NCBI GenBank assembly: GCA_964016885.1
Contig: OZ024740.1
Coordinates: 127,844,001 to 127,908,000 of the forward strand
Origin: Eledone cirrhosa
Lineage: Eukaryota
Length of the DNA stretch: 64,000 nt
Direction: 5' to 3'
Below, in pieces: positions 36,757-50,783 of the stretch (position 1 is the first letter of the stretch; each line of letters begins with the position of its first letter). The notes under the pieces are model-generated. The model saw nothing but the letters and a program-made list of their open reading frames with translations, was not told the origin of the DNA and ran no database searches. Made by a program: the position numbers and the translations under genes.

Positions 36757-39725
36757 GGTACCTTTTGTCAACCACTCTGGTACCTCACCTGACACTAAGC
36801 AGTCATTGAATATGGTTATCAGTTTCGGGTGGATGGATATTATATGTTTAATCCAATACCCCTGCACACCATCTGGGCCTGGTGATTTCCAGTTGGTTAG
36901 TTTTTTGGCCTGCCCCTTAAGAGTTTCAACTGTGATACTCAAGTCAGTTTGTTGGTGTGCCTCTTCACTAATCTCCCTCTGTACTGTCTCAATCTACACT
37001 GCCTGGTCATTATGTTTAACATCCTGCTCCCATATTCCTCTCCAGAATGTTTTAGTTTGTTCCGCCTCAGGGATCAAGTCGTTGCCTCTTTCTTCCCCTC
37101 AAGCTGTCCAAACAGCATCTTCTGGTTGTTGTCAAACATGCGGTTCTGTCTATACTGTCTGACTCTGCTCTCGTATCGCCTAATTTTTGCACTCTTTGCT
37201 ACAATGCGTTGCTTCAGTTCCTCTATGATTATATTTAGCTTTTTCCTCCTAGTTTTGTACTTTATTTCCAGTCTATTTTTAGTGTCTGTTTTTTAGTGTC
37301 CCATTCAGTAGGGACACAAGCTTTCCAATGTCATTTCTCATTTCCCTGATTTGACCACTCAGTCGTTTCTTCCACCAAGGCTCTGATCTTTCTTGTTTGT
37401 TGTTTCCTCTCGCTTTTATACTAAGTAATTTCCTCACCGCATTTGCTGTTTCTTTATGGATATTGTTGCACTGGTGAAGGCTCCTCGCCTCAAGGTATGG
37501 GATGACTTTGTTTACCTTAGCTGTTGTTTTATTTAACTTTTTCCTGTCTACAAATCTTAGGTGCATAGGTTTTCCACTATCATTGTTCAATTCATCTACC
37601 ACTAAGTTTAGGATATCAACCAAATATTGTCCTAGCCCGTCAACAATCATCTCCTCAATGGCCGTATCTTTGTTCCAAGTATTATTTATTTCAGCATTCA
37701 GATCATTGTCTGCTTCGTATGGTTCCTCCGTTCTCTTAACCTCTTCATCTTCATTTCTCACTGGCTCGTTTGCCTGGCATACTCCACTCTCCATCTCATA
37801 GCTAATCTCTCTGCTCAGTTCCTCCAGTTCCAGCTCGCTTATCCACCCATTAGTTCTTATTACCCGAGCCTGCCCGGCCAATTTTTGTTCATCTAATTTA
37901 AATAGACCAATATCGTTCCAGATGTTATGCATCCGTTTCCTATAGCCTTTCTCCTTGGGGTTACTATTCAGGTAACATTGCATAACAGTTCTATTCAATT
38001 CTTTCGTCCAGTTGGTTCTGGTCCCTTACCTTCTTCTTCTTCCTCCGACACCAGCAGTATTTGGTTGACAGCCAGGTCCCTGCTGCTGAGCCAGAGAGCA
38101 CCTGCTGGGTGAGAGTCTGTCACATGACATTCTAGTCTCCACTTCACCGTTATTCGAACTGTTTAGGTTCGACATTTAAACACTCTTATCGAGGACTGGT
38201 GAATGTATGGTTACATAACCACCGGTGATTTCATCACTCCCGGTGGTTTTTCTGTGGCACTATCATGCTGTAGACGAACATAAATAAACAAACAAACAAA
38301 CAGGCAACCCCCCCCCCCAAAAAAAAAATAAGCATATGTTTCATTGTAATGTAATGTTTGACTGTCTGACTTAGTTCTTCCCTTCCCTTCTCTGTCCGTC
38401 TGTTTGTTTTTCTCTTCATTTTTCTTTTCTTTTCGTTTTTCGTTGTTGCTGTGCTGCTTTAATTTTAATTTTTGTTTTTTTTTTATATTTTGACCGGGTC
38501 ATCAATTCGGTCTATTTATATCTTTTGACGCCTTCCTCTTTTAGTGGGGACACTACGATGCATGTGTCAGCGGGAGGTAGTGGGAGAGAATAGCGGCGGT
38601 AGTGATAATAAGGCAGTGGTGGTGGTGGTGGTGGTGGTGGTGCTATGCTAGTAGTACCTAGCAGGAGGTAGTTGGAGAGAATAGTGGCGGTAGCGATAAT
38701 GAGGCAGTGGTGGTGGTGATGTGATCGTAGCACTTTAGTGATGGTGTTGAAGTTGAAGTAGAAATAGAAGTTGAGGCAACTTGACCAGAGTTTTTAGCGT
38801 GGTAGTGGTGGTGGTGTTGGTGGTGAAATTATCTTCTCTGTCCACTTAGGCATTTAGTTATTTAGCAAGCTATTTAGTCATTTTGCCATTTTCCTTCTTT
38901 TCGACTCCAACATTCCTGATCCAAAATTAAATATTAATATTGTTTATTAATATTGTCTAGTGATACCGCCACCTTCCCCTTTCGTAAGTTAACAGAAGTA
39001 ATGGGGGGAATAGCGGTGATGGGATAGTGGTAGCAATGATGGATGGGGTTGTGCCGGCGGTGACTATAGTGATGGCGTTGTCGTTACTGAGTTTTGTTGA
39101 ATAGACTCTAGTTTGTTTGTTTGATCGGCGAGTCTATGCGGTTAGTCGCGTATGTTTAATATATGTGTTGACATATTCTCTTAATATTGGAATTAAACAT
39201 TTTGTGAAAACTTGAGACAATAATAATAGTAATTATTCGATAAAATAAAGTACCAGTGATTCACTGAGTAATTGCTGGCCTTGTGCCTAAAGTAGAAACA
39301 ATTATTATTATGCTGGGATTGGTGGTGGTGGTGGTTAAATTGCCGTTATCTGGCTGTTGTTTTTAGTGTACACAGAGGGGGTGATGGGATAGGTGGTGTA
39401 TCTAGTTTGCGGTGTTGGTGAAATTGCTGTTATTTGGCTGTTCCATATAGTGTAGACAGAGGGGGTTTTCTTCCATTTATAACCATTTTCTTTTTTGAAT
39501 ATAAAATGTATAATACAAAATTAAATAAAGGAAGAAGACGCACGTGGTGGATAGAAGGTCATGAAATCGCTCCCGTAAGTTTTTGATTTTTAACATATTT
39601 AAATCAATTGTGAAATAACAATTCTTAGTACAAATGATACATAAAGAACTGGACTCAACCATCAGAAAAATGTGGATCCATAATATTCTGTTATATTGCT
39701 CAAATATTTAATTTTGTATTATTAT
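36757..39725 (-). mobile_element. Older R4/Dong-like copy: 5'UTR plus N-terminal ORF, 3'-truncated, with inverted 5' tip
   Basis: ORFs 37279-37998 and 36757-36942 match 58224-59470; 39530-39725 is the inverted 5' end. Confidence 0.88.
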
Positions 39726-39754
39726 TATTATTATTATTATTATTGTTATTGCCA

Positions 39755-39918
39755 TTCCTTGAATCTCAGTCATTGATGTTGGTTAACTGGAAAGTCCGTT
39801 GGATTGAATATCAAGCCACTACCTGCAGCCTCAGATATTCAGGACGTATCGGAGGGTTCTTGCTGTTCCAAGCAAGCATGCCTTTTGAAGCGTTCCAAAA
39901 AGCGTGAAGGGGCCGATT
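39755..39918 (-). mobile_element. Short 5'-truncated R4/Dong-like copy (3' ~160 nt)
   Basis: Matches the 3' end of the 39953-42017 copy; (TAA)n on both sides. Confidence 0.92.
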
Positions 39919-39952
39919 ATTATTATTATTATTATTATTATTGTTATTGTTA

Positions 39953-42014
39953 TTCCTTGAATCTCAGTCATTGATGTTGGTTAACTGGAAAGTCCGTTGG
40001 ATTGAATATCAAGCCACTACCTGCAGCCTCAGATATTCAGGACGTATCGGAGGGTTCTTGCTGTTCCAAGCAAGCATGCCTTTTGAAGCGTTCCAAAAAG
40101 CGTGAAGGGGCCGACTTTCTTTAACCATCCCTGGAAACTTTTGGAGATAGTCCCCAGTGCGCCTATGACAATCGGGATCACTTTGACTTCATGGCAGTTC
40201 CAAATCCTTTTCACCTCCCACTTTAGGTCCTGGTATCGGTTAATTTTCTCCCTCTCCTTCTCTTGCACTCTCGTGTCGAACGGGCAGGCCACATCCACAA
40301 TCAGGCACGATCTTTTTTCTTTGTCCACAACCACCAGGTCAGGTCTATTGTGTTCCAGTTTTTTGTCCGTCTGTATCCGAAAATCCCACAGCACCTTCAC
40401 CTGATTGTTCTCCATCAACGCCTCTGGCCTATGCTCATACCATTTCTCAGAATGTGGTAGATTGTTTACTTTGCACAGGTGCCAGTGGATCACCCTGCCC
40501 ATCACATCGTGTCTCCAGCCCTTATAGTGGGTCTGGGCTAGGTGTTTACACTCGGACACAATGTGAGCCACAGTCTCCTCTCTCTCTCCACAGATCCTGC
40601 ACAGTGGGCTGGCCTCCTCCTTGTAGATATGGTGCTTCAACCACTTCGTTTTGAGGGCCTGCTCCTGCGCAGCCATTAGCATTCCTTCTGTAGCCTTTTT
40701 GAGGTCTCCTCTTCTCAACCAGTTCCATGTCTGTGGATCTCTAAATTCAGTTTTCTCAAAGAAGGTACTATGAAGGGGTTTTCCCTTAAGGCTGCTCTTC
40801 CTCCTTGATGTTATTTCCTCCCTGGACATCCCCTGGCCTACTGTCCCCTCCTTCAGTACAGCTCTGAGCATTGGCTCCTTACTATAGGTCACGTATTTGT
40901 ATAGGTTGTTTTTCTCCATCTGAACACAGTCCTCTATGCTGATAAGACCTCTTCCACCCTCAGATCTCCTTAGGTAGAGTCTATCGACATCACTCCTCTT
41001 GTGGAACATGTTGTAGATAGTCAATAGCCTCCTAGTCTTCCTATCCATTTCTTTCTGTTCAGCAACATTCCATCTCAGAATTCCCGCACTGTACCTAATA
41101 ATAGACACAGCTCGGGAATTTACTGCGCTTATGGCATTTCTGCTGTTCAGATGTGACTTCAATACGCTCCTTACTCTCCGAATGTATTCAGTTCTTAACA
41201 ATTCCTTCATTTTTTTGTTCTTTATGCCATCAGCCTCCAGAACGCCCAAATACTTGTATCCTTCCTCAGAGTCAATTTCCTTTATCATCTCACCTGTTGG
41301 TATCTGGATCCCGTTACTTCTGCTCAACCTACCCCTCTTCATCACAATGACTCCACATTTACCAGTACCAAACTGCATACATATATCACTGCTGAAAATA
41401 CGGACAGTGTCAACAAGCACATCCAACTCCTTCTCGCCTTTCCCGAAGAGCTTAAGATCGTCCATGAAGAGGAGGTGATTGATGGTAAGCTCTCCCCTCC
41501 CCAACTTGTATCCTGCTCTCACTTTTCGCAGCATAATGGTCAAGGGCATCAGGGCAAGGACAAACAACAGAGGGGACAGGCTATCTCCCTGGAAGATACC
41601 TCTCTTGATCTTCACGCTTCCCAAGGATACTCCAGTTGATGTCAACTCTGTCTCCCAGGACCGCATACTCCTGCCTAGCAACTGTCTGATGTTATCCGCC
41701 ACCCTGAAGATCTCCAGGCTTTTGGTGATCCAGGAATGAGGCACCATGTCAAATGCCTTTCTGTAGTCTATCCATCCCATGGCAAGATCAGTGTGTCTCC
41801 TCCTGCAATTCCCCATTACCATCTTATCAATAAGCAACTGGTCCTTTGTACCACGTGACTTCTTTCGGCATCCTTTCTGTTCGTCCGGTAACAAGTTGTT
41901 TGTGTGGAGGTGATGGTAGATTTCCTCAGACACAATGCTCGTCAACAGTTTCCACATTACGGGCAGACATGTGATAGGTCTATAGTTGGTAGCATCATTA
42001 CCCTTGATTCGGTC

Positions 42015-42017
<3 letters not shown>
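39953..42017 (-). mobile_element. 5'-truncated R4/Dong-like retrotransposon
   Basis: RT+RLE ORF, ~75-nt 3'UTR, (TAA)n flanks. Confidence 0.95.
40029..41957 (-). CDS. RT + CCHC knuckle + restriction-like endonuclease (R4/Dong clade), 5'-truncated but uninterrupted
   Basis: [71 protein letters not shown]. Confidence 0.9.
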   Translation of the reverse strand: MWKLLTSIVSEEIYHHLHTNNLLPDEQKGCRKKSRGTKDQLLIDKMVMGNCRRRHTDLAMGWIDYRKAFDMVPHSWITKSLEIFRVADNIRQLLGRSMRSWETELTSTGVSLGSVKIKRGIFQGDSLSPLLFVLALMPLTIMLRKVRAGYKLGRGELTINHLLFMDDLKLFGKGEKELDVLVDTVRIFSSDICMQFGTGKCGVIVMKRGRLSRSNGIQIPTGEMIKEIDSEEGYKYLGVLEADGIKNKKMKELLRTEYIRRVRSVLKSHLNSRNAISAVNSRAVSIIRYSAGILRWNVAEQKEMDRKTRRLLTIYNMFHKRSDVDRLYLRRSEGGRGLISIEDCVQMEKNNLYKYVTYSKEPMLRAVLKEGTVGQGMSREEITSRRKSSLKGKPLHSTFFEKTEFRDPQTWNWLRRGDLKKATEGMLMAAQEQALKTKWLKHHIYKEEASPLCRICGEREETVAHIVSECKHLAQTHYKGWRHDVMGRVIHWHLCKVNNLPHSEKWYEHRPEALMENNQVKVLWDFRIQTDKKLEHNRPDLVVVDKEKRSCLIVDVACPFDTRVQEKEREKINRYQDLKWEVKRIWNCHEVKVIPIVIGALGTISKSFQGWLKKVGPFTLFGTLQKACLLGTARTLRYVLNI

Positions 42018-42108
<91 letters not shown>

Positions 42109-42111
<3 letters not shown>

Positions 42112-42440
42112 CTTGAATCTCAGTCATTGATGTTGGTTAACTGGAAAGTCCGTTGGAATGAATATCAAGCCATTACCTGCAGCCTCAGATATTCAGGACG
42201 TATCGGAGGGTTCTTGCTGTTCCCAGCAAGCATGCCTTTTGAAGCGTTCCAAAAAGCGTGAAGAGGCCGATTTTCTTTAACCATCCCTGGAAACTTTTGG
42301 AGATAGTCCCCAGTGCGCCTATGACAATCGGGATCACTTTGACTTCATGGCAGTTCCAAATCCTTTTTACCTCCCACTTTAAGTCCTGGTATCGGTTAAT
42401 TTTCTCCCTCTCCTTCTCTTGCACTCTCGTGTCGAATGGG

Positions 42441-42442
<2 letters not shown>
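42109..42442 (-). mobile_element. 5'-truncated R4/Dong-like copy (3' ~330 nt)
   Basis: Matches the RLE end and 3'UTR; (TAA)n flanks. Confidence 0.92.
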
Positions 42443-42492
<50 letters not shown>

Positions 42493-43549
42493 ACAACAAT
42501 GCCATGCTGAACAACCTGTTCACAATTCCGTCTGCATGTCTAAAACTTTATCGGCAGAAACTTAATCAGTATAATCCTATCAGATTTAATTTTCCTTTGG
42601 AAATTTGAAGAATTTAACAAAGAAACTAAGATCAAGATCGCAAAAAATATTTATAATAATCACAACATTGTGGTTTGGAATGACATCTGGGATCATGATC
42701 CATGCACATTAATTAGAGTATACATAGATTTTTCTATTCTTTTATTAAATTTATTCTTTTGTCTTCATCTTCATTTGCAATTCACAGCAGAAAATATAAC
42801 TTTTATATCTTCGCCTTTTTAAAAAACGTTTTTCCCATAATTTATATGTATATATATGGTTGTGTGTGTGTGTGGGGGGGTGGGGGGGGGGGGGGGGTGG
42901 GGGGGGGGGGGGGGGGCTATACATGTTTGTTTATGTGTATTTTCTCGGTTTGCGTACATGTAACGCCTAAAGCTTTAATGCTAGAATTCGAAATGAGCTA
43001 TCTCACATAATGAATGGCTATGTCGTTAATAACCTGGATTATCTTGTCAAATTCCTCACAAAGTATGTTATTATTATCTAAATTATCATTATCATTATTT
43101 TTATTATTATTACTATTATTACCAATTTCATTATTATCATTAAAACAATTATTATTGTTGTTTTAATACTATTGTTATTAGTAGAAGTGTTGTTGTTGAT
43201 GTTCTATGATATATATGATTTTTTTTTTACGATGTAGTTTACATTATCTGAGATGCTATCATTTACAGCTGAAAGTCAGCTTGTTCTTTCTTTATTATGA
43301 TGATTTTTTGTTGTTTTGGCTATCATTATTATCAATATCATTATCATCATCAACATTGCTGTTTTTCTTATTTTAGATTTGAAAATGACAGAATTATGGC
43401 ACTGATTCCTTGTTAACCTTTTACATGTTTCACAATAATAATTTTAGAGTAGAGTATTAAACTATACATAAGTGTACGTTTATCATACCGACGCTTTGTG
43501 TGATAGTCTATGCCTTCTGTATTAAATGGAACACATTTCAAATAAATGC

Positions 43550-44620
43550 GCGGCTTTGAAATCAGACATTCATTGCAGTGATCAGCTGTCTTTCATTGAA
43601 GATGGATTTTAAAATAATTTTATACTCTTTTTAATTATAACCTCTGAACTTTTCTTTCTGTGTGCAAAATATCGTTTAGCTCTAAGATCCCCAAACATTT
43701 ATAAACACTATATTGTGGTTCTCCCATGGTTTCTTCCGATGACAGTCATAATCCGCTACAGGCTGCTTGTTTCCTTCTTTTCATGTCGAGTAGAAAGCAG
43801 ATGGGAATCCAACATTCCATACCAATGTCACTATTACATATCTGTACAGTTTTAACCAATGAGTCTATTTTGTTTCAGACTACATAAGCAGTTTCCGGTC
43901 ATCCATTAACAGAAGTTGGTTTATGAATGGCCCTTTCCAGATTAGTACCCCATTTTTTTTATTTTTATGTGTGTGAGTGTTATAAGTATCAGTGTTATAA
44001 CAAATAGTAACGGTGAGAAAGAGTCCCCTTGGAAGAACAGTCTTTTAATTTCTCCCTCTCCCCGAAAAAACAATGCTTGAGTATTTATTGATTTTTCACT
44101 CTGACATATTATTCAGCATAAACTTTGGACGGGTGTCAGTAATATCAAACATCCGTAGTCCTTCACGAATCCAAGAATATGTCACCGTATCATATGCCAT
44201 CGTAATCCAGGTTTAGATATGTGTGTGTGATGTTTATTACAACATCTTAAAAGTGTCTTATCAACAACCAGATGATCCTTGGAACACTGGGATTTTTTTC
44301 TAGATCTTTGTGTTCCCTAGTACAAGACAGGGATGTTTTCCCGAAAATACCCCATTGATCACCTCCCATATTATGTTTATGAATGCTATAGGGAGTAGCT
44401 TCCCAGAGAATTCCACGTAATTCTATCTTCATCACAAATGTTGTCCTCCCTGGAACAATCCAGGTGAGGAATGGACGTCTTCGAACACAGTAATTCAATT
44501 GTATAGCTATGATTTCATGTATTGTAATGCAACCGTTCAACCAAAAGCCATGGATCCCTTCTCCTGAGTGGGCTTTCTAGATTTCTACCTGGCTACTTGA
44601 TCCTTCCCATCAACTGTGCT
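43550..44620 (-). pseudogene. Old decayed R4/Dong-like RT fragment
   Basis: FQGDSFSP, DMVTYSWI and WGIFGKT..LLI remnants echo the young family. Confidence 0.6.
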
Positions 44621-44689
44621 TCTAGTAATCTCTTCATTATCATCATCATCGTCGTCATCATCATCATCATCACCAACATAATGTGGAAG

Positions 44690-45533
44690 GTTCTGATAGA
44701 GTATGGGTTTCAATTCGTATCAATGACTGACAAATGTAATTTAGTTAGCTGGAATTTGCGGACCACATGTTATTATTAAACTCGTCAGCAGGGGAACTCA
44801 GACATGCACATGATAGCTTTGCTCCCGCGTGTTACACGACGGTAATGATAGCCAGTGTTACGAAGGCTGAGACACTTGTCCACCAAAGGAAATCTGCGCA
44901 GTACACTCTACATGTGAGTAGAGTCCCACTGATGTAGATGTAGATCTCGAAGCCGTGTTCATGACCATTGGCAGGAAGGAACCTCGATTGAATCTAAGAA
45001 TTGCATGAGCTGATGCAGTAATGTGCCATCTTTAACATTTTTTCATTAGAAAGGACTTAAGTGTAAAAGTAAAACTCGGTAAAATTTCTACATATGGACC
45101 TTAATCTTGGGTAATAACCGAATGAATATGATTGCGAAATGGGGTTTCTCCGAATGGTCTTTGGAATTTTGGTACTCAATAAAATACGTAGTTCAAAGAT
45201 GAGGGGATCACTCCATGCAGAGACGCTATTTCTTCGTAATCACAGATCACAGCTTCGATGCTACGGACATGGGGTTAGTATATCTAATAAAAGAAGATCT
45301 GGACAAGTTTTGCGGACAAATCCACCCAGCTGCCATTCCATCATTAGACCCGAAACAAGATAGCTGGATGACAATTGTGAACTAGGCTGGTCTCAATTAG
45401 GGAAACCGTCAAATTAGTTGGAGACAGTTGCTTCTGACAGGATCCACTGGAAAGCGTGCCTGGGGATTATTCCACACGTTCCTCTCAGGAAAACTTGGGT
45501 GAAGAAGAAGAAGAAGAAGAAGAAGAAGAAGAA
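44690..45533 (+). pseudogene. Decayed RTE-group LINE 3' part ending in (GAA)n
   Basis: EMGFLRMVFG..KIRS..RSQLRCYGH, followed by a (GAA)n tail at 45501-45533. Confidence 0.6.
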
Positions 45534-45639
45534 TTGTTAATTGTTTAGATACCGAAAGATACTTGAAGTAAAGTAAATCTTGAAAGCTTACACTTAAAAC
45601 AAATGTGTATTTGGGTTAGCCTATTCAAATGAATCCTTT

Positions 45640-45833
45640 CAGTAATTGTTTCTACTTATGACACAAACACAGCAATTATCCTAGTGCATTACTGGTGCTT
45701 TATTTTCTTGAACCCGTAAAGATGTAAGGCAAAGCTACCCTCCGCGAGATTTGAACTCAGACCGCAAAGGGCCGTAATTCTATGTTTCAAAGCATGACGT
45801 ATGTCCCTCTACGTGTACTGCCAATTCACCGCT
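45640..45833 (-). mobile_element. tRNA-derived SINE
   Basis: taattgtttctac...gcgagatttgaactcag...tactgccaattcaccgc. Confidence 0.82.
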
Positions 45834-46349
45834 GCGAGTCATCTACTGAAAGACAAACATCATAAGACTTAAATATTTTATTAAAATGTATGCCTAATCT
45901 ATCATGTATTAATATATGAGTATGGTGGAGGTCAGACGTTTTTTTTTTCTCGGCCACACAAATCTCTAACTTATGTTCAGTAATTGATGTTGACTTTAAT
46001 TTTTGTCTGTCTCACTCTTCGAACTGCTCACACACATGTGCTTCGGGTTTCCCTCTTCGGTTTAATGTTTCCCCTTTTTTTCCGCCGTGTTTTCCTTTTT
46101 ATTCCCTTTTGTTACTATTTTTTTCTCTCTTTTTTCCCAATAACTTGCTTGAGTTATTGACGCACTGGTGTGAGAAATATTGTCTTTATTGCGTTGAAAT
46201 GTCCAAGAACCCCAGCAGACAACTGATGAAGAAGGATTTCTCCCGTTCTTGCTTTCCTCTTTTTATAAGTACAACTTATCCACCAACTACACAGCCCCTG
46301 TTTATTCTTTCATATATATATATACACACATATTTATATATACACGGAG

Positions 46350-47260
46350 TTCTTTGAGATACTGGTTGGAGTGCAGCAGGGTGATACATTGTTTCCCTAC
46401 CTTTCCATCATTGCTGTGGACTATTGTACGCACCTTGCAATGAAGAGACACCAGTACTCGGGTTTCACTTTAACAACGGTTTGGAGCAGAAGAGATAAGG
46501 CTAAAAACGTGTCAGATTCTGAATTTGCTGGCAGCATAGCTCTGTTGACACCCACAGTAGACGAGGCAGATGTGTTGATGTGAAATGTGTAGATTCTGTC
46601 ACTGTGTGTAGGCCTGAGAATGAATGAGAGTATAACGTAGTATCTGTTAGAGATCATCAAGGAGACAGATGGTTATGAATGTGGGCCGGAAGCCGCTAGA
46701 GCTGGTTGAGGGAGCAAATTTACAGACACAGATGTGAATGTATTGGATAGGAAGAGCAAAGACTGGTGGACGTGTCATAGTTTGAGATCGGTGTGGAATT
46801 TGGACATTTGTAAAGACCTGAAGATCCATCTCTTCGTCACTACAGCGGAGTCTGTGCTGCTCTACGGGCCTGAAACTTGGACATTGACCATGAGACTCAC
46901 TCAGTTGCTGGATGTGTGTTACACGAGAATGCTGTGGATGGCTCTGGACATTAACCAGTACGCACTGAGGATGAAGAACACAGAGCTGTACGAGAGCCTC
47001 CCAAAAATCAGCTCAAACTTGACAAAGAAGAGACTGAGCTTAGCTGGACATGCTCACCAACATTCAGTGTTGACATTGCAATCTAAGGACCCGTGGGAGC
47101 CCCTAAACAGACAACTTTGAAGTGGAGACCGTGGATTACATATGTTGATGTCCTAAGGACATACACTTGTCCCCGGGTGATGTAGGACATAGTGACGAAG
47201 ATAAAGAACAGGCACCGCTGTTGAAATTCATCCATGGATCTCGGGAAATTAACCCGCCAT
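46350..47260 (+). pseudogene. Decayed RTE-group LINE RT/3' fragment
   Basis: GVQQGDTLFPYL, SEFAGSIALL, ESVLLYGPETWTLT, RLSLAGH. Confidence 0.7.
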
Positions 47261-47365
47261 ATATATATATAATTTTACCCGACTTGTGTCAGGGGGATAA
47301 CCACAGTTAAAAACGGTACTCAATACATTGGTAGAATTTTGGCATCATTATTATATCAGTGGATC

Positions 47366-47737
47366 AGGGCGGTGGATTGGCAGTATCGGTAGAGGTTCGG
47401 ACACCATGCTCTGCAGCATAGAGTTACGGCCCTTTATGATCTGAGTTCAAATCCCGGCGAGGTTAACTTTGCTTTTAATCCTTACGGGGTTGATAAAATA
47501 AAGTACCAGTAATACACTGGGATAATTGCTGGCCTTGTGCAAAAAGTAGAAACAATTATTATATGGTGGATTGGCAGTATCGGTTGAGGGTCGGACGCCA
47601 TGCTTTGCAGAGTTACGGCCCTTTATGATCTGAGTTCAAATCCCGCCGAGGTTAACTTTGTCTTTCATCCTCACGGGGTCGATAAAATAAAGTACCAGTA
47701 ATATACTTGGATAATTGCCAATAGTAGAAACAATTAT
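47366..47737 (+). mobile_element. Two tandem tRNA-derived SINEs
   Basis: Copies ~47366-47560 and ~47563-47737, each with A/B boxes (tggcagtatcggt, gagttcaaatccc). Confidence 0.88.
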
Positions 47738-48162
47738 TATATATAAAAATGACTTCTGCAGGACTAGAAATCTCCCATTCATATGAAACTATGAGGAATG
47801 GATATTATTGATGATTTCATACGTATGTTCATATCAGGTAGATATGCCATTTCTATGTATAATATATATATACACTTACAGTGTAAGAAAGAAAATAAAT
47901 AACTATTATAGTAGAATAACTTTATTCTTACTCTAAATAATAATGTTTCGAAAATAATAGTATGTGATATAGTTATGCATTTCTGTATCGGTGTTTTAGT
48001 ACAGATATTATTTTAGAGAAACAGATAAGCTACGCTATTATAGTATACCAACGAACATAAATTCTCCTTCTTATATTAGACTTCCAAAATGTTCATCTCG
48101 TTCAATGTTTGCTTGTGTCTATTTCTCCCCGCCCCTATTTCTCACACACACACACGCATTAC

Positions 48163-48209
<47 letters not shown>

Positions 48210-48611
48210 TTAAACAAGGAAGCATTGGAATATTTGAAATCTGAAAATATAATCGTCACTAAGCGAATAACTATATTAATAGTTGATACAAACAGGTAAA
48301 GTGCAAATCAGACACACGCACACAGACACGCACGCACACACAGGCATACACACAAACACATATTCATATACATAAATATCAAACGTCGGTGATTACAATG
48401 GGGCTACTCTAAAATAACAAGTGGTGTCAGAATATTTCCTCGAATATGTGCCATCTTGAAAGATAACTGAGTTTCAAGGTTCCGAGTGTTTAAATATTTA
48501 GGGAATAATTCATTTTCAAACTTAGTTACGTTTCAAAGTGTTTCAACTTCTAACATATATATGTCTGTAAGTGTGCCAACGAGACGAATTAGATGCTATG
48601 CGAGGACAAGT

Positions 48612-48691
<80 letters not shown>

Positions 48692-49418
48692 GTGTATATA
48701 TATATAGATGTATGTGTTTTCACGGTTGTGTGTGCGCCCGTGCACCAATGTGCATATCTATAGTATGAAGCAATATTGTATGCGTACGTGGATAGAACAT
48801 ATATATGATAAATAAATATAAAAAAAAACAAGTATAATTTATACACTCACATACAAAATCATGAACGTAGATACGTACGTATATACACGTATACATATAT
48901 ACATAAATATACACTAACATAACCTATAAACGGATATAAAACAACATACGATATTGACGTGAGCACATAAACGTATATTTGTACAAGCTCATTGTAAAGA
49001 AATCTGAAACAAAGAACGAAGAACACGGAAGCGGGAAGAGAGAGACAGAAAAGATTATATCTTTGATTAAAGAAATGAAAATAAACCAAAGAATAAGGAC
49101 ACTCAAATCATAATCCAAAATAAAAAAAAAAGAAATGTACTAAAATCACACATACTAAAACACACTCATTGATGCACACAAAAGCACACACACGTAAGCA
49201 AATTGTAGGCGTTCATACACCTACATATTCATATGCACCCATATACATGTATTGGTATATACAACATATATACATACATAAATAGAAATGTATACATGCG
49301 TGAGAGAGAAAGAGTGGGAGAAGGAGAAGGGAAGTTAGAGAGAGTGATAAATAGCTAGGATATATATATATAGTTAGATGGATAATGAGAGGGAGAGTGA
49401 GATGATACACACTTTCAT

Positions 49419-49509
<91 letters not shown>

Positions 49510-49514
<5 letters not shown>

Positions 49515-49808
49515 GTAGAACACTGGAAGGTAATATCCGTAGTGGTAGAGCACTCAGTCCATGGGACGAGTTAGGTAGAAGTGGTAACACAACAATTAGT
49601 TCACCACACCGAGAACAATTGTTTCACGTTAGCGGATCTTCAGCCCGTAATGGACATGGTTATACGGAACAGGTAGGACAACCGTACGGGAATGCGCGTT
49701 CGTACCGTTGTCATTCCTGTTCCGTATAACCATGTCCATTACGGGCTGAAAAACCCGCTAAGGTGAAACAATTGCTCTCGGTATGCTGAACTAACTGTTG
49801 TGTAACCA

Positions 49809-49811
<3 letters not shown>
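49510..49811. mobile_element. 300-bp fold-back PLE pseudo-LTR element with two opposed minimal HHR motifs
   Basis: Homologous to 11326-11530; ~49580-49700 is inverted at ~49700-49811; (TA)n flanks. Confidence 0.85.
49610..49647 (-). ncRNA. Minimal type I HHR
   Basis: Reverse complement reads cggg-CTGAAGA-tccgctaacgt-GAAA-caattg-TT-ctcg; the opposite copy 49742-49780 has core CTGAAAA. Confidence 0.75.
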
Positions 49812-49866
<55 letters not shown>

Positions 49867-50119
49867 TACATACATATATACGTATATATATATAGAGAGA
49901 GAGACTGAGATCGTACATACGCACATATACATACAATACATACACACTCACATACACACAAACACAGACACACTCACACACATATATATATATATATATA
50001 TATACATATATATATGTGTATATATCTATATATATATATGTATGTGTGTATGCCTATGTAAATATATACTTACACAAATAGATATGCTGGTAGATAGATT
50101 AATAGATAATTAGATATAA

Positions 50120-50139
50120 AGATAGATAGATAGATAGAG

Positions 50140-50215
<76 letters not shown>
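50120..50215. repeat. (GATA)n microsatellite
   Basis: Direct reading. Confidence 0.95.
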
Positions 50216-50216
<1 letters not shown>

Positions 50217-50609
50217 TTTGTAAAAAATATATACCGTCTAAAAGATACGAACAAAACCAAAACGAATAAAGCATTCCGGAAATATATAATGTAACAAAAT
50301 AAACAACAAATTACATTTAAAAGATTTGTTGTTATTACAAAAGAAAATCCTATACGATTTGATCAACAGATATTCATGTAGTAAGCAGAATTTTGATTGA
50401 GGCCATTATTTAGCATAGAATAAATATGTTATCTCTAGATATTTGTGAAAACAATGAGAAACGCAGACTGTAGTATGTTGAACAAAGGCCTCTACTGTAG
50501 AGCAGGCATATAATCTTTCACGTGACATTTATTTAATATTTTTAACACAGCATACATATGTGTAATGCAACAATATATTTCTCTTTTATTTCCCTCCCTC
50601 TCTTCATAC

Positions 50610-50783
<174 letters not shown>

